Origin: Ptychomitrium polyphyllum
Lineage: Eukaryota
Length of the DNA: 64,000 nt
NCBI GenBank assembly: GCA_973851085.1
Contig: OZ316775.1
Coordinates: 21,762,001 to 21,826,000 of the forward strand
Reading direction: 5' to 3'
Under the pieces are notes generated by a model. It was not told where the DNA came from. It saw only the letters and a program-made list of their open reading frames with translations, and did no database searches. Every line of letters begins with the position of its first letter. Within the stretch, counting starts at the first letter, position 1. Positions 25,144 to 37,258 of this stretch are shown here, one piece after another. The translations under genes were made by a program, and so were the position numbers.

Positions 25144-25756
25144 TATTAGGGACACAAGAAACAAGAAATATAAAGGAAGTGTTTCCCAAGAATTAGCTTC
25201 CAAAGAGCTAATGATTAACAAGAACTTGATACAAAGACTAGAACAAGGCAAGATTCAAGATGATCCACAACTTGTGTTGGCAAGACTAAGGAATACCTTG
25301 TTTTGCCTCCTATTTATACTATGACATTGTATCTCCTAGGATACTTCTAAAGAAGCTTTCTACAAGGCTTAAAAATGTTTTAGAAGTCTAGGGAACCTTC
25401 CCGAGAAGTTTTTTAAGATGTTGGAACCTTCCTAAGAAACTTCCAAGGAGTTGGAACCTTCCTTGGAAGTTTTCTAAACTAGCGGAACTTTCTTAGAAAA
25501 TTTCCTAAAGAGGTAGAACCTTCCTAAGAAGTTTCTTGAGGTGGTGGAACCTTCCCAGGAAGTTTCCTAAGAAGTTACTTAAAATGATGGAACCTTCCTA
25601 AGAAGTTTTCTAAGGTAGAAGAACTTTCCAAGGAAGCTTTCTAAGAACATGAAAAAGCTATGAAGACATTTAAAAATATTCTAAGAAGTTATTATAATAT
25701 ACTAGAAGGTTCTAAAATGTTTTAAGGACTATTGTGCATAATTTATGTCCGTGACA
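25144..25756 (-). repeat. 5' LTR of outer element X, 613 bp
   Basis: TATTAG (TG mutated)...GTGACA; same layout as the other LTRs; PBS-position motif at 25130-25141. Confidence 0.9.
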
Positions 25757-26795
25757 GCTATTATAATTTCTATTCATGATTGCCCAATACATAGTTGCGT
25801 TGTAGTCCATCTACATATGTCTAATTATTTTGCCTATTTTATATAAAGAAGTCCTTCTTGATTAACGTCACACCAACTTACTTGCTAACATATAACAATA
25901 ACTAACTATTAAAATTGGCAAAAATTTAACATATACTTGAAACAACCTATTAAACTTAGGTGCCATATAACCTTCATTTTGGTATTCTTGTTATCCAACA
26001 ACAAACCAAGCCATTCTCAAGTATTGAGCCAATTGGCTCTACTTGTTGATGAACCCACAACACGCAGTGTTAACCTTCTGTTCAATTTGTAGCAGCCCGT
26101 CGTATTTGTCTTTTGGATCTCGCTGTGATGTCCAACTTTTGAGCCTACATTTATACTCTGACGCGGGCAATTACATGTTGCTTCTTTGCAACCCGCAATT
26201 CTCTCTCCATGGCTTGCGGCTCTTGTCGGGTCCGCAACTTGCCTTCGTAGCTCATTGTGTTGCCCCTAATCATTGATTTTGGTCCAATTTGGCCACCTAC
26301 AACCATGACAGTCTTGGCCTTGTGGTTCTATTTATAATCCTTGTTTTTTCTTTTTTCTACCAGTGAATCTAAGTTTTTAAGTTCTAACTGCTGCAAGTGT
26401 ATTGTTTCTTCCCTGTCAAGCTTGGAGGGAAGGAAAAGACCAAAAAGTAGAATCTAATTAATTGAAGTTGTTCACCACTCTTCTTCTTTGCTTTATCACC
26501 TTCTCCTAACTCCTAAACTTCAAGTTTGGATTTCCTCAAGCCTAGCTCCATGAGATTCTTCACCATGTAGAAACATGTCCTTTCTACACGCCGATGTCCG
26601 TGAACTGTTCCAATATTCCGTTCCCTGGAGCCGCTTGATACTTGTTGTTACCCGGTTGATACCGAGTGTGTTGTGTTTGTATCTAATTCATACATAGGTG
26701 CTACTTGGATGCTACTTGGATGGTAGTAACCATATTCATTCTTATGGTGAAAAAGACCTAAATTCTATAGTGTCTCTTTCAAGAATCTTCACCTG

Positions 26796-26848
26796 TAGGA
26801 TTTAGGATTTAAAATTTAGGATGTAAGATTTAAGATTTAGGATTTAAG
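26796..26848 (+). repeat. Degenerate 7-bp tandem repeat (TTTAGGA/TTTAAGA, ~7 units), telomere-like
   Basis: aggattt aggattt aaaattt aggatgt aagattt aagattt aggattt. Confidence 0.6.
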
Positions 26849-28634
26849 AATTGTTAAAGAATCTGTGATTTTCTGTACCAAACATCCAATTGTCATCTTG
26901 TTGTTTCTCAATTGTTATGAAAGTATCACCAGTACAAATATTTATAAATTCATTCATCTTTTTCATTAAAATGTCATTTATAATCTCACTTTTTTTTACT
27001 CCCTTATTTATGTTGATGATTGGAACAAAAATTTCAATATTGAATGTATCATTTATTTGGTTGCACTTCATATTTTAATACAAGAATCATTCATTTACTT
27101 TTGAAACAAATAAGATGAATATACAAATATCTTTTGTATATAAAAAATAACCTTAAAGTATTATTAGAATATTATCAAGGTATTACTTTAGTATCAATGA
27201 AGAATCATCAAGGTATCACTAGAATATCATCAAATTATCATTAAAAACGTCAATTAGTTTTGAATATCATATCATTGAATATTCATTGAATTTTTTTAGA
27301 ATATCCATCCAATTCAATAGTTTCATTTATTAGGGTGAACAAGCTTATGTTCTTAATTATCAAATATTAGAAACATGTATTTGGTACAACCTTTTATATC
27401 CACCTTGTTTACATTTACAACTAGTAGGAGTTTGATACTATGCCTTTAAATTTTTGAATCTTTAACTTAAACATCTCTTAAATAATCTACTCAAGTTAAT
27501 TTTTCAGAAATTCAAAATGAATTAACTTAATGTAGGCCTTGCTTTTGATCATATAGGAATTCAAAGTATCCCAAGTATAGTATCAATCATAATCATAAAA
27601 CCAAAGATAAAAATAAAACTATCAGATCTCAAAATCTAACAAAAGTAGAATGAAATCAAAATTCTAATTTTACTGTGTAAACCCAAAGGGCTACACACCA
27701 AAAACCATATAAATCATTATTAGGAGGAATATTTTTAATTAGTGCACAGTGCACAAATGAAAGTCGAAACTTTGAATTTCAAGTCCCTTCCAATCAGTGA
27801 AATCCACCATTGCCATTACCAAGATTCAAAATTCCTCCTAAACCTCATCACAAGCAAAATATTTGCAGTTAGATTTGTTCAAATGGATTTGTATGGAGCT
27901 ACTCTTGATTGTGATGACATTGTAATAAAAATCTAGAAAACAGAAAGTAAGAAAAAAATTAAATTAAAAAATTAGCCACTGGGATAAAATTGGAGCGAAA
28001 CGTCATCACTGCAGATTCCTAACCCTGTTTGCAAGCTTGCATTCGCCGAGGAGAGCGCTGCAGGAAATCTATATGCAGGAAATCATGTGTTGTGGAGAAA
28101 CCATGTTCTCATCTCATCGGAGGTGATGTGATCGCCTTTTCAGTTGCTGAGATGGTTGTTGAGAATTTCTCTTGTCAATGGGATGGGTCATGTGGAGTTT
28201 GCCTGCACAAAAGTGGAGGAAGTTGAGTCGAATGAAATGCTGCCAGCACTGACTATTGAAGTTTAGCGGTTCAGTAATTGAGTAGAGAGAGGAAGTTTGT
28301 TTTGAGAATCTGAGCGACGAGGATGATAAAGTTTTCTTATGTGGTGACGCTTCTCTGACCATGACTTTGTGCACCTTTGGATTTGAGTCTGCCTCGGCTT
28401 GGAAACAATAGTTTTGTAATTCTGGAACCGGAGAGGATGTATTGATGGACTTGAGGATTTCTACTGCGACTGTGTGCTGTGAGATTTTTGTTGTATTATA
28501 CGTTAGAGTGTTTAGGGTTTTGAAACGGTTTGAAGAAATGGGGCTCCGAACCTGAGTTGGGGAGGTTTCAGACGCCGGGGATGGATTGCGAAGCTCAGTG
28601 ATTGACGACCCCGTGGACTGAAATTGCGGTGAGA

Positions 28635-30097
28635 ATGAGGGGAGGGAGAGCCCAAATTCAAGCGAATGGTATGGTGTACATGTTGGCGGTGCAAGCCGCG
28701 ACGCAGTTTGTGCGGTTGCCAAGAAAGCCTCCGGTGACGACGGCGCTCATAGCAGCGCAGACGTCGATCTACTTACGACCTGGGAAGCTCGATGACATAC
28801 TTCCCACCTTATCTGAAGTTTGCCTTAACCCATGTTTCATTCTTAAGGTACGCTCAGCGTCTTCTTATTCGTTGGTTCGCTTTTGTGGTCCATTTTACAG
28901 GACGCTTACTGAGAGCTAACTTCTGTCTATCCTCCCATATTTTTGAGTTTCTAGTGCACCAAGCCTTTTAACCTTATACAATTTTGAATGCTGATATTCA
29001 GTGTGCTAGCAGGTAGCTGTTGCTGGCCCTTTTCGATGGTGTGTAGTGATAGAAATGACGTTCATGTTGAATGTATAAGAGATTTCGATGCGTCGTATAT
29101 GTAGGAACATTTGGTGGTGTTGTTTATTAGGTTGCCTCAAAATGAATGATGTACTTGACGTACGTTGTGCAAACTTTTAATGCTGTTGGAATTCTAATCA
29201 GCAGGAATTCTCAGTGTTAAGAAATCTTTGATTGTTTGATGAATGTATTGAGTGCAGAACAGGGACTTGAAGCGGCTGTGGTTATCTGCATTTTATCATA
29301 TTGACGAAACGCATCTAATCTTCAACATGGTGTCCTTAATGTGGAAAGGCGTTCAATTGGAAGGTACTATGGGAAGCCAAAAATTCGCAACTACAGTGGT
29401 TGTATTACTTGGTCTCGCTAATGGTCTTGTTGTGGCTTCGTCCTCACTTCTCGCATATTGGGCTAAGTCTCCTACCTCATTCTATTCGGAATGTTCAGTG
29501 GGGTTCTCAGGTGTTTTGTTTGCATTGAAGGTGGTGCTTAACTACAACTCTCCTAGCCATACAAATGTCTATGGAATTCCTGTGCCCTCTCGGTACGCTG
29601 CTTGGGTGGAGCTTCTAGTCATTCAGATGTTTGTTCCTGGAACCTCCTTCCTTGGTCACTTGTGTGGCATTTTGGCGGGGGTGATCTACATGAAAGCATC
29701 TGGAGGCAGCGTGTCGTCTTTGGTGCCAAGGATTTTTGGAGTGGTATCATGGCCTGTAAAGCGCCTTGCCTGGTTCCTGCGGGGATTTAGGAGTCGCACA
29801 CTCGGGCGTGGAACTGTTGGATCCAGACGAGATACTCGTCCACTTCCAAGTTCTACAAGAAGTCAAGTGCAGCACAGTGAGTCCAACGTGTGGCGTTGCG
29901 AGAGCTGTACTTATGATAACGGCACCTCAGTGGAGGCTTGCGAAATGTGTGGTATGCTTCGTGGTAGGGAAGTTGGGCGTAATGTAGACGACTCACCCCC
30001 GTCAGCTCTACCATTGCCCAGTGGGAGGGGCAGAGGTTTATCTCCGATGTCTAGAGAAGAGCTGAGACAGGCGCGCCTATCCCACTTCAACAGCTAG
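28635..30097 (+). CDS. RBL14: Rhomboid-like intramembrane serine protease with C-terminal RanBP2/NZF zinc finger (RBL14/RHBDL4-like), ~350 aa
   Basis: Exons 28635-28847 and 29258-30097 (AAG|GTACG...TGCAG|AAC). Motifs: KPPVT, SAFYH...HLIFNM, catalytic GFSG and GHLCG, WRCESCTYDN...CEMC. Confidence 0.88.
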
Positions 30098-31062
30098 CAT
30101 TTATGGAGCGAAACATCCATAGAAGCTTACGGCTCGGATTGTAGATAATTATAGTGTCATTCTGATGTGATAGAATGAGGGTTGTGCTCCTAGGAGGCCT
30201 TGGCCGTGGGGTTTTTATGAGTACACGATGAATTTCCTCGGTTTAGGTATATTGTCTTTTTAAATGGAATCCGATATGCAGAATCGGGTACTTGCCCTCC
30301 TTTTAGTCGACATTCCTCATGACATGATTCAATATCGGATAGCACTGCTGAACCGACGTATGTACGAACAGGCACTGTTCCAGAGTACCTGGTTAGGTTT
30401 CCAAGAGGAGAGCTGATCCAGCATTGAGTTTCTCTTGTTGGCGTCATGGGAGATATCATTCGCTTCAACGACTCGTGGGATTGCAGACGAGGTGTTCGAT
30501 CAGGTGATGTCCCAACTAGCTGATTCTTTGCAAACGATAACCCGCCCCCTAACGTACGACAGGTAATAAACTTTTAAGAACCTTCAGTCGCCCTTTCAAA
30601 TACTCCCATAATTGTACATTGCAGAAACCGAAGCGGAGTACTGTAGTCTTCACGAGAATTTCAAACAAAAGCACAATCACAAGAAGTAAATTTTCAAGAA
30701 ATTCCAAGGTTTATTTCCATGACATGAAATGGCGCTTGCCTGCATGATAAATTTTACAAAGCAGGGGCTACCTGTCACCCTACATCTAGACTTAACGACA
30801 GCCTCTGAGGTGCACCTTATATTGAATGCTGGTTGAATACTACGTTCAATGACAGGTAGATCTCTTAGTATAACGATTAGGACTCAAAAGTTTACCTTGT
30901 GCAGTTTCTATAGCAAGCAAAGCAAAAACTGGAGAACCTAATCATTATAGGACTGGCTGTCTAATTAACCCATTTGCCACTGTAGAACTCATAAAGGAGC
31001 CACATGAAAATGGCAAAAATAATTGTCAAAACCTAGGAGAAGAGCATTCAAAATTGTTGTCA

Positions 31063-32391
31063 CTAAGCTAAAACCTCCGTATTTGCTTCCTCGGCAACTA
31101 AATTCTTCTTTGAAGCTACGGATTCCCAAGTTCGTTCAGGTTCATCTTCTATATACTTCCAGCACCGCTTATTTGCTCCACTAATCTTCTGTAACTTATC
31201 TGCCGATACACCTGCACATACTTAGCATGCCATCGTCACGCCAGGAATGCGGTAGGTCGACCAGTCAAAGCGCTTTGATGCTCAAATACTGCGATTTTCT
31301 AGGCAAGATCTTACAAAGTAAACCATGTACCAGCTACTTCGCACAACTGAGAGTTAATTTTCTAACCCTTCAAAAGTGATGATTCTACGAAATAACAGAC
31401 CTGATGAATCGTTCTTGTTATGACCATAGCATAGCTTCTCACAAAACACTTGACACTTGGCTCAACCTCACAGCTTATGGTGCCGCTAAGAGCAATTCCT
31501 TCTTAGAACCATGTGCAGGATATGTTCACATAAAAGAAATACAATCTCAGAGTTATTCTCAAAATTCAGCGAACAATATATGAAATCATCACACCTTCCC
31601 ATCATAATGATTCCATATACTGTTGCTTGGTTAGCGAGTCAAATGAGATGATACTTGCCTTCTTCATGATATATGCCCCATGCAGCTCCATGCCCGGCAT
31701 CCTTCAAGAAAACAAATAAACCCCATGTCAGTTTTGCAGCAGACTACAAGAAATGAAATGGAATGGAAGGTCTTCCTTCAGCAGATCCTACGAAGCGCGC
31801 CTTCCGAGCGTTGTAGGATGAACAGAATGCTGATCACAGCATAGTGATTTCCTTTCTTGATCAATGTAACCAAAGTCTCGATGTCCCTCAATGATGCATC
31901 TCGATTGCAATACTTTTATTCACCGTAACACTAGAATCTTCACACGCCTAGTGTGACGCCATTGCCGACTACCAAGATTTAGGGACAGAGCCAAAAGTAG
32001 ATAATCGTTCGATTCTAAGACAACGTCTTCAACGGAAGAGTGCAAATTCATGTACAAGATATGCGAAATGTCGGCTGCATTACCAGGGACAACAATCCTT
32101 CCTAACAAAGTCCTGCAAATCCACAGCCAAGCAACCGACAATCCAAGACCATACCTTCCGCAACTTAATGTCGCAGAGCTTGTAATACGTTTGAGGCTTC
32201 CAGTGCGACTTGGCAACCTTGTGCCCAACACCCCAACCGGGCAGTAACCTTGCAATATCAAACAAGTTCTTCTTCTTCGGGTGTCCAGTCCCGGGCTTCT
32301 TCACGGATGCTGCAGCATGTTCTCCCTGCTTTGCAACTGTAGCCATCGCCCGCCGCAGCAACAGCATCGTGATCGAACTACCCATCGCCAT
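31063..32391 (-). CDS. Mitochondrial ribosomal protein mS34 (MRP-S34)-like, ~142 aa
   Basis: Exons 32391-32155, 31701-31659 and 31211-31063 give KKNLFDIARLLPGWGVGHKVAKSHW...DAGHGAAWGIYHEEG...KISGANKRCWKYI. This matches the plant mS34 pattern as I recall it. The N-terminus is presequence-like. The second intron needs a GC donor. Confidence 0.8.
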
Positions 32392-32510
32392 CACCACTCT
32401 CACCGCTACCACGACAACTGGCAGGTCTCAAGCTACAAAACAAACCTAAAACTCAGAAAACCTCGCCATTTCTGGTAACAAGTGCAAGTGAGAGAGACGA
32501 ACCACGCCTT

Positions 32511-32517
32511 TGGGCCC
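32511..32517. promoter_or_regulatory. Possible site II element (TGGGCC)
   Basis: TGGGCCC lies ~120 bp upstream of the mS34-like ATG. The motif is common in plant ribosomal and mitochondrial protein promoters but short enough to occur by chance. Confidence 0.3.
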
Positions 32518-33398
32518 CTCACTCCTACGACCGAGAGGAATCATTTGGCGTCTGTGACCGCTCGGTTGATTGCCGTCACTGTAGCAAAGGCCTGCTGTAT
32601 TGCTGACAGAAACTTATGAGTACTACAGATCTATGAAAGGCGAAGATAGATTTGGATTTTGGTACAGTGTCAGTTTTGTTCTGTTTTCTTTTTTTCTTTT
32701 TTCTTTCTTTTTTCCTTTTTTGAAAAATTAATTTAGATCAATGAAGAAATTTGTTGCTTTTAAGGAGACTCAAAGACAACTATTCTGAAAGACCAGTGGA
32801 GGAGGAACTGAATTTTATTTTTTTAAATTGTAATGGATAGGGCTCAGCTCAAGGCCTTGACAACGCCACTTTAATCTTTAAATCTTCCATTGTACCTTTT
32901 ATGCCCTTATGCATCTAAGAATTGTTAAAAGGCACTCATAATTGAGCTCTAAGATTATCAATTTAATTTATTTAACTCATATCTTTACCTCATAGTGGCA
33001 CTTTTTTACTTTATTTTATCATAATCAATCAAGGTTTGTCATTTCAATTCAATGACATATTTGTTCAACCAATTTTTATTATTAAAAGCATTCACATTTT
33101 ATACATTGACTTATTTCATATTAAATTATTTTTAGGAAAGATAATTAGGCTCTATGATTACAAGCCAAAGTTCTAGGGCTTTAAGACCAACTTATAAATA
33201 ACTATAATAGTTCACTTTCAAATGAGGTTTTTCCATGTGCATTTTGAGACTCCTTAATTAGTCATCATTATTAGCATGGAATCTTTTGATTTATTTATTA
33301 CTAAATTTGATTGAATAAAATGCCAATTAGATCTAATTGATTAAAATTTAAGTATTCAAGATTGAATAATTTAATAATGAATGCACGTTTAATTGGTC

Positions 33399-33404
<6 letters not shown>

Positions 33405-33477
<73 letters not shown>

Positions 33478-33486
33478 GTATATATA
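33405..33486. repeat. (TA)n microsatellite with (TATG)n tail
   Basis: About 30 TA units followed by TATG units. Confidence 0.97.
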
Positions 33487-36400
33487 GTTGTATAAATTAG
33501 CATCTTTCAAATGTACAAATATTGCAGTGAATTAAATAATTTATGTAGCCTTTTTTTTCAATTTAGAAATTATTTGATTTTATTGGAATATTATACCATT
33601 GAATTTGTCTTATTAGAAACAATCTAATTTGATTTATTTTGTAGTTAATCTTTCTAAGGCATTTCAATCCTTGTAATTAAAAGATATGATGTTGTGTTTA
33701 TTGAATATAAGCCAATTTTTTTAAAGAATTAAATTGACAACATGATTATCATTGTTTTTCAAATCATAGCATTTTCAGATTGTTTTGAAGATTTCCAATA
33801 CGCCTAACTAAAATTTAACCAACACCATTTTCATGTTTTTTAACAAAATATACATTCTACATTGAATTATTTTCACACTGTAAGTTTTCAAAAATAATAT
33901 ACAACTATAAAATAACATCTTATAATTGTAAACTCCATTTATGTATCAATTTGTGACACTTGAATACCAAAATGGTAATTGTTCCCTTGTCATAATTTGG
34001 GTATTCAAAAAAATGTTATTATTAAAATACTGTTTATTTGGAAGGTTCTGAAAGAAGGTAGAAATTTTATTTTGGTATAAAGAAAACCTACAACAACAGT
34101 TTTCTATTCTCTGCACGTACAAAATGATTCCTCTCTATGAGGATCCATACGATCTACTTTGATTCTTTTTAATTCTTCTTATAAAAAATTTCCCAAAGAC
34201 TTGTCACAGCTTGCATTTCTGATTTCCAACTCTCTCTTCTAAGCTGCAAAAGGAAAACATAGAAGGCCATTGTGAGCACTCAATTTCTAGTACAAAACAT
34301 GAAGCTGAATATATCAGGGCAAGAGATGAATCAAGCTTCAATGTTGCCGGAGAGAGAAATCCATATAATGGCATTCCTCACTCAGCAAAGCATGGAGTTT
34401 AAGCTACACCGGTTGAGAACGCACCAAGAAGGTATCTCTACCAGATTTAGAAGGCATCCTTAACCAATTCGCTTTTCTATTTTCTTGAAAGGACCACAGA
34501 GATTGAGGTCCAATCTGAGACGAACCAAGGTCTTGAGGAAAACGTGCACAATCCAACAACAAGTACAGCAAGAAAGATCTAACACTACAATTCTATCAAG
34601 GTTATGCTCAGAATCTAGCTAGAAAAATGTCTTGCTTTAAAGTACTAGAATATTCTTCCATTGTCGGCTCTGATTATTTTTAACATTCTGTTCTAGACTT
34701 CAATACTAGAGTCACTGTTTCTATCATTTCTTTGATATATGGCAAACTCAACTCGAGCCCTGCTTATACCATTCTGCTACAAAAGCAATCCTACTGAGTC
34801 CGGTCTTGATCGTGTAAATCTTTCAAGGTGAAGCTTGCCATTGGATGTTGTTCGTTCTCACTAAGCTTATTGAGAATTAGCACCAGTGAGTTTTCAAGTG
34901 ATCCATAAACTTGCAGACAAAGTGTCTGCTTGTGCTTTTTCTCTAAATCCAGTAAATACCACCAAGTCTTCTGTATTCTTGTATATAATACGTTTCTATG
35001 TTGACCTTTCTCTCACACCATTTCCTCGTCTCCTGACAATTGCTACTTTCTTTGTTACTGGATAAGTCTCAATCTGCTCAATTACTGCCTAACAACTTGC
35101 CAAGCCCTCACTACTTATTGGTTTTCAAGCTTACGGCAGTTGAGTGCCTCAAAATCTATAACTTCAACAATCAGAGATTGATAAGAATCTTTTCAAAGGT
35201 GGGCTTTCAAAATCAAGAAGTTTTCAGGTTATTGGCGCTCTTTGATTTCTGACAGCAGGGGAAAGTAACAGTTAATCTTGGCCAAGGGCCAGTGAAGTAT
35301 CCTTGGGTTCAGTTCTTCCTTCCATGAATATGAAAAGCTTGATTTCGGGTTACTCCAGGACTCTGACAAGCTAGGTGCTTGCATTGGTGCAGAAATCTCT
35401 TCCGGCTACGGCACCTTCATGCAACCCTATGAAATCCCCCAGCGTTCATGTCAGCTGTTCTCATCTAGATACATAAACAAGAAGATTTCTGAACAAATTC
35501 CGAGAAATCGTATCCAAGAGCACACACACTTGTACATTTCTCTTTGGGTAGGTACATGTATGAAATTCAAAATTTCTTGCAGTTTCTAGCAAGGGCCTGG
35601 GATCCAAAAGACGATTATTTGAACATTCTTCATGTGTGAATTCCAGTATAGGAACTGAATGTACTGTAGTCATATATTGTTAGAATCACATCTTCTGATC
35701 CTGAAGTATAAAAGCTTGTCTAGGATAGGCATAAGTTTCCAAGAATATGCTGATGCTTGGTAAATGACCGTGATTGACTAGCGGACTTGTTGGTGATTAA
35801 GGTATGATTTTTTTTTAAATGATGAATATGGGAGTGCGTGTTTCTAGTTTTTAATAACTTACTGTAGAATGCAGTTAAAAACATTTTTCACTTGGTGTTG
35901 TGGTCACAAATATAGTGACATTCTTTAGCAATGCAATTGGTCACCTATTCATCTAGAGTTGATACTAGCATGTTATCAAAAAGTAAGAATATTTTTGATG
36001 ATGAAATACACTGTAAGGTAAGCATGCCTATACCACTGCAATAAGGAATGTGGTTTTGAAGAAATTTCATAAAATCACCACTAGTTTTTGTGAATGTATA
36101 CTAAGGTTTGAAAGTCATTGGAAGTTGAATTTTGATTTTTTGATCGGATTTTAATTTGTTAGAATTTTTTGGAAGGTGTTTTTGTAAAAATCATAAATCA
36201 TCAGGACGTCATCCCATTAAACCACCCATATAACTAAAAACCATTACTTTATGCATTCATAAGCACATAAATTCCATTCAGAAGCCACCATGAAGCAAGC
36301 CCATGTCCACCACATAGGTCTATTCAAAAATTTATTGTGAAATTCACCTTTTTAAAATTACCACCACTTTATGAGTCCAATTGCATCCAATTTTGATCCC

Positions 36401-37258
36401 ATTACTACCACTCTCACTCATTTTGGCTATGATAGTTATTAAACATATACTTGATGGTTACTAGTCTCATAACAAGTGGACACGAGAAGAAGGAAGAAAT
36501 GGGCCTGCTTATCTTGCGGATGAGATAATATAAAGCTTTAGACAACCCTTCGTTACATGTAACACTAGATGTCCTGTCCATTAGGTACTGCATGGTCAAA
36601 TATTGATATTGATGGAATACGGTAAAGCAATTTCTTTTGCTGGGTTAGATGCTGAAAGGAAACTTCTAAGTTTTAGGCGCAACAAGTTTGAAGAGAAAGT
36701 GAAAGCAGGTAAAAATAAGAGTAATGAAGTACTACAAATTTGAGGAACTCAGTTCCAACATTCTCAATACTCTAAGCACTGGATAAAAGGATTATCAAGA
36801 ACATTGAAGCACTTTGAAGGCTTCTTTACTTGAGAAAAATAACAGGCTTAGCAGCGTCGGTTTTTAAGGCTCTACTTGAAGCAATTAATGTTACAGCCGC
36901 GCACTTGAGCCATTTGCTCAATGCAGTGGTATAAGAGTACAAAATTGGGAACACTTTTACGGCTACCGCTAAACAGCTATTCCAGGTGGTATTCGCTTCT
37001 CCGTTTCTGCAATCCTCTAGAGAACAAACGAGGATACTGCTGTAAAGGCCGAAATAGATAAAATTAAACTGATAAAGCTCACTCCTTACCTTAGAGATAT
37101 CCAAGCCTCTGTAAAAATGAAGTCTGTATCAACCCCGACCTGTGAGTGGTGCCTCGATAAAATTCGCTGCTAGTACACCAGTACAGAGATGATTGTTGCC
37201 CGAAACCTGACTCCAATATCCGATGGAGGTGAAATGTAAATGAAAGGAACTTCGAAGC

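Larger units (their letters stand above)
11503..25756. mobile_element. Nested and rearranged cluster of two decayed Ty3/Gypsy chromovirus LTR retrotransposons
   Basis: Four related LTRs, two gag regions and two pol regions in PR-RT-RH-INT-chromodomain order, with many stops and frameshifts. Confidence 0.95.

Noticed and set aside
11498..25761. Target-site duplication for outer element X
   Set aside because: The flanks GCTTA and GCTAT match only partly, so a TSD cannot be asserted.
25990..26700. Moderately GC-rich patch after the LTR cluster
   Set aside because: May be a TE or gene relic, but I found no sustained ORF or identifiable motif.
28114..28722. 202-aa Ser/Pro-rich minus-strand ORF
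   Set aside because: It is antisense to the rhomboid 5' region, starts at a non-ATG codon and has no domain signature.
34200..36000. Possible gene between the mS34-like and BTB genes
   Set aside because: Only short ORFs, and I could not build a consistent exon chain. A non-coding transcript cannot be excluded.
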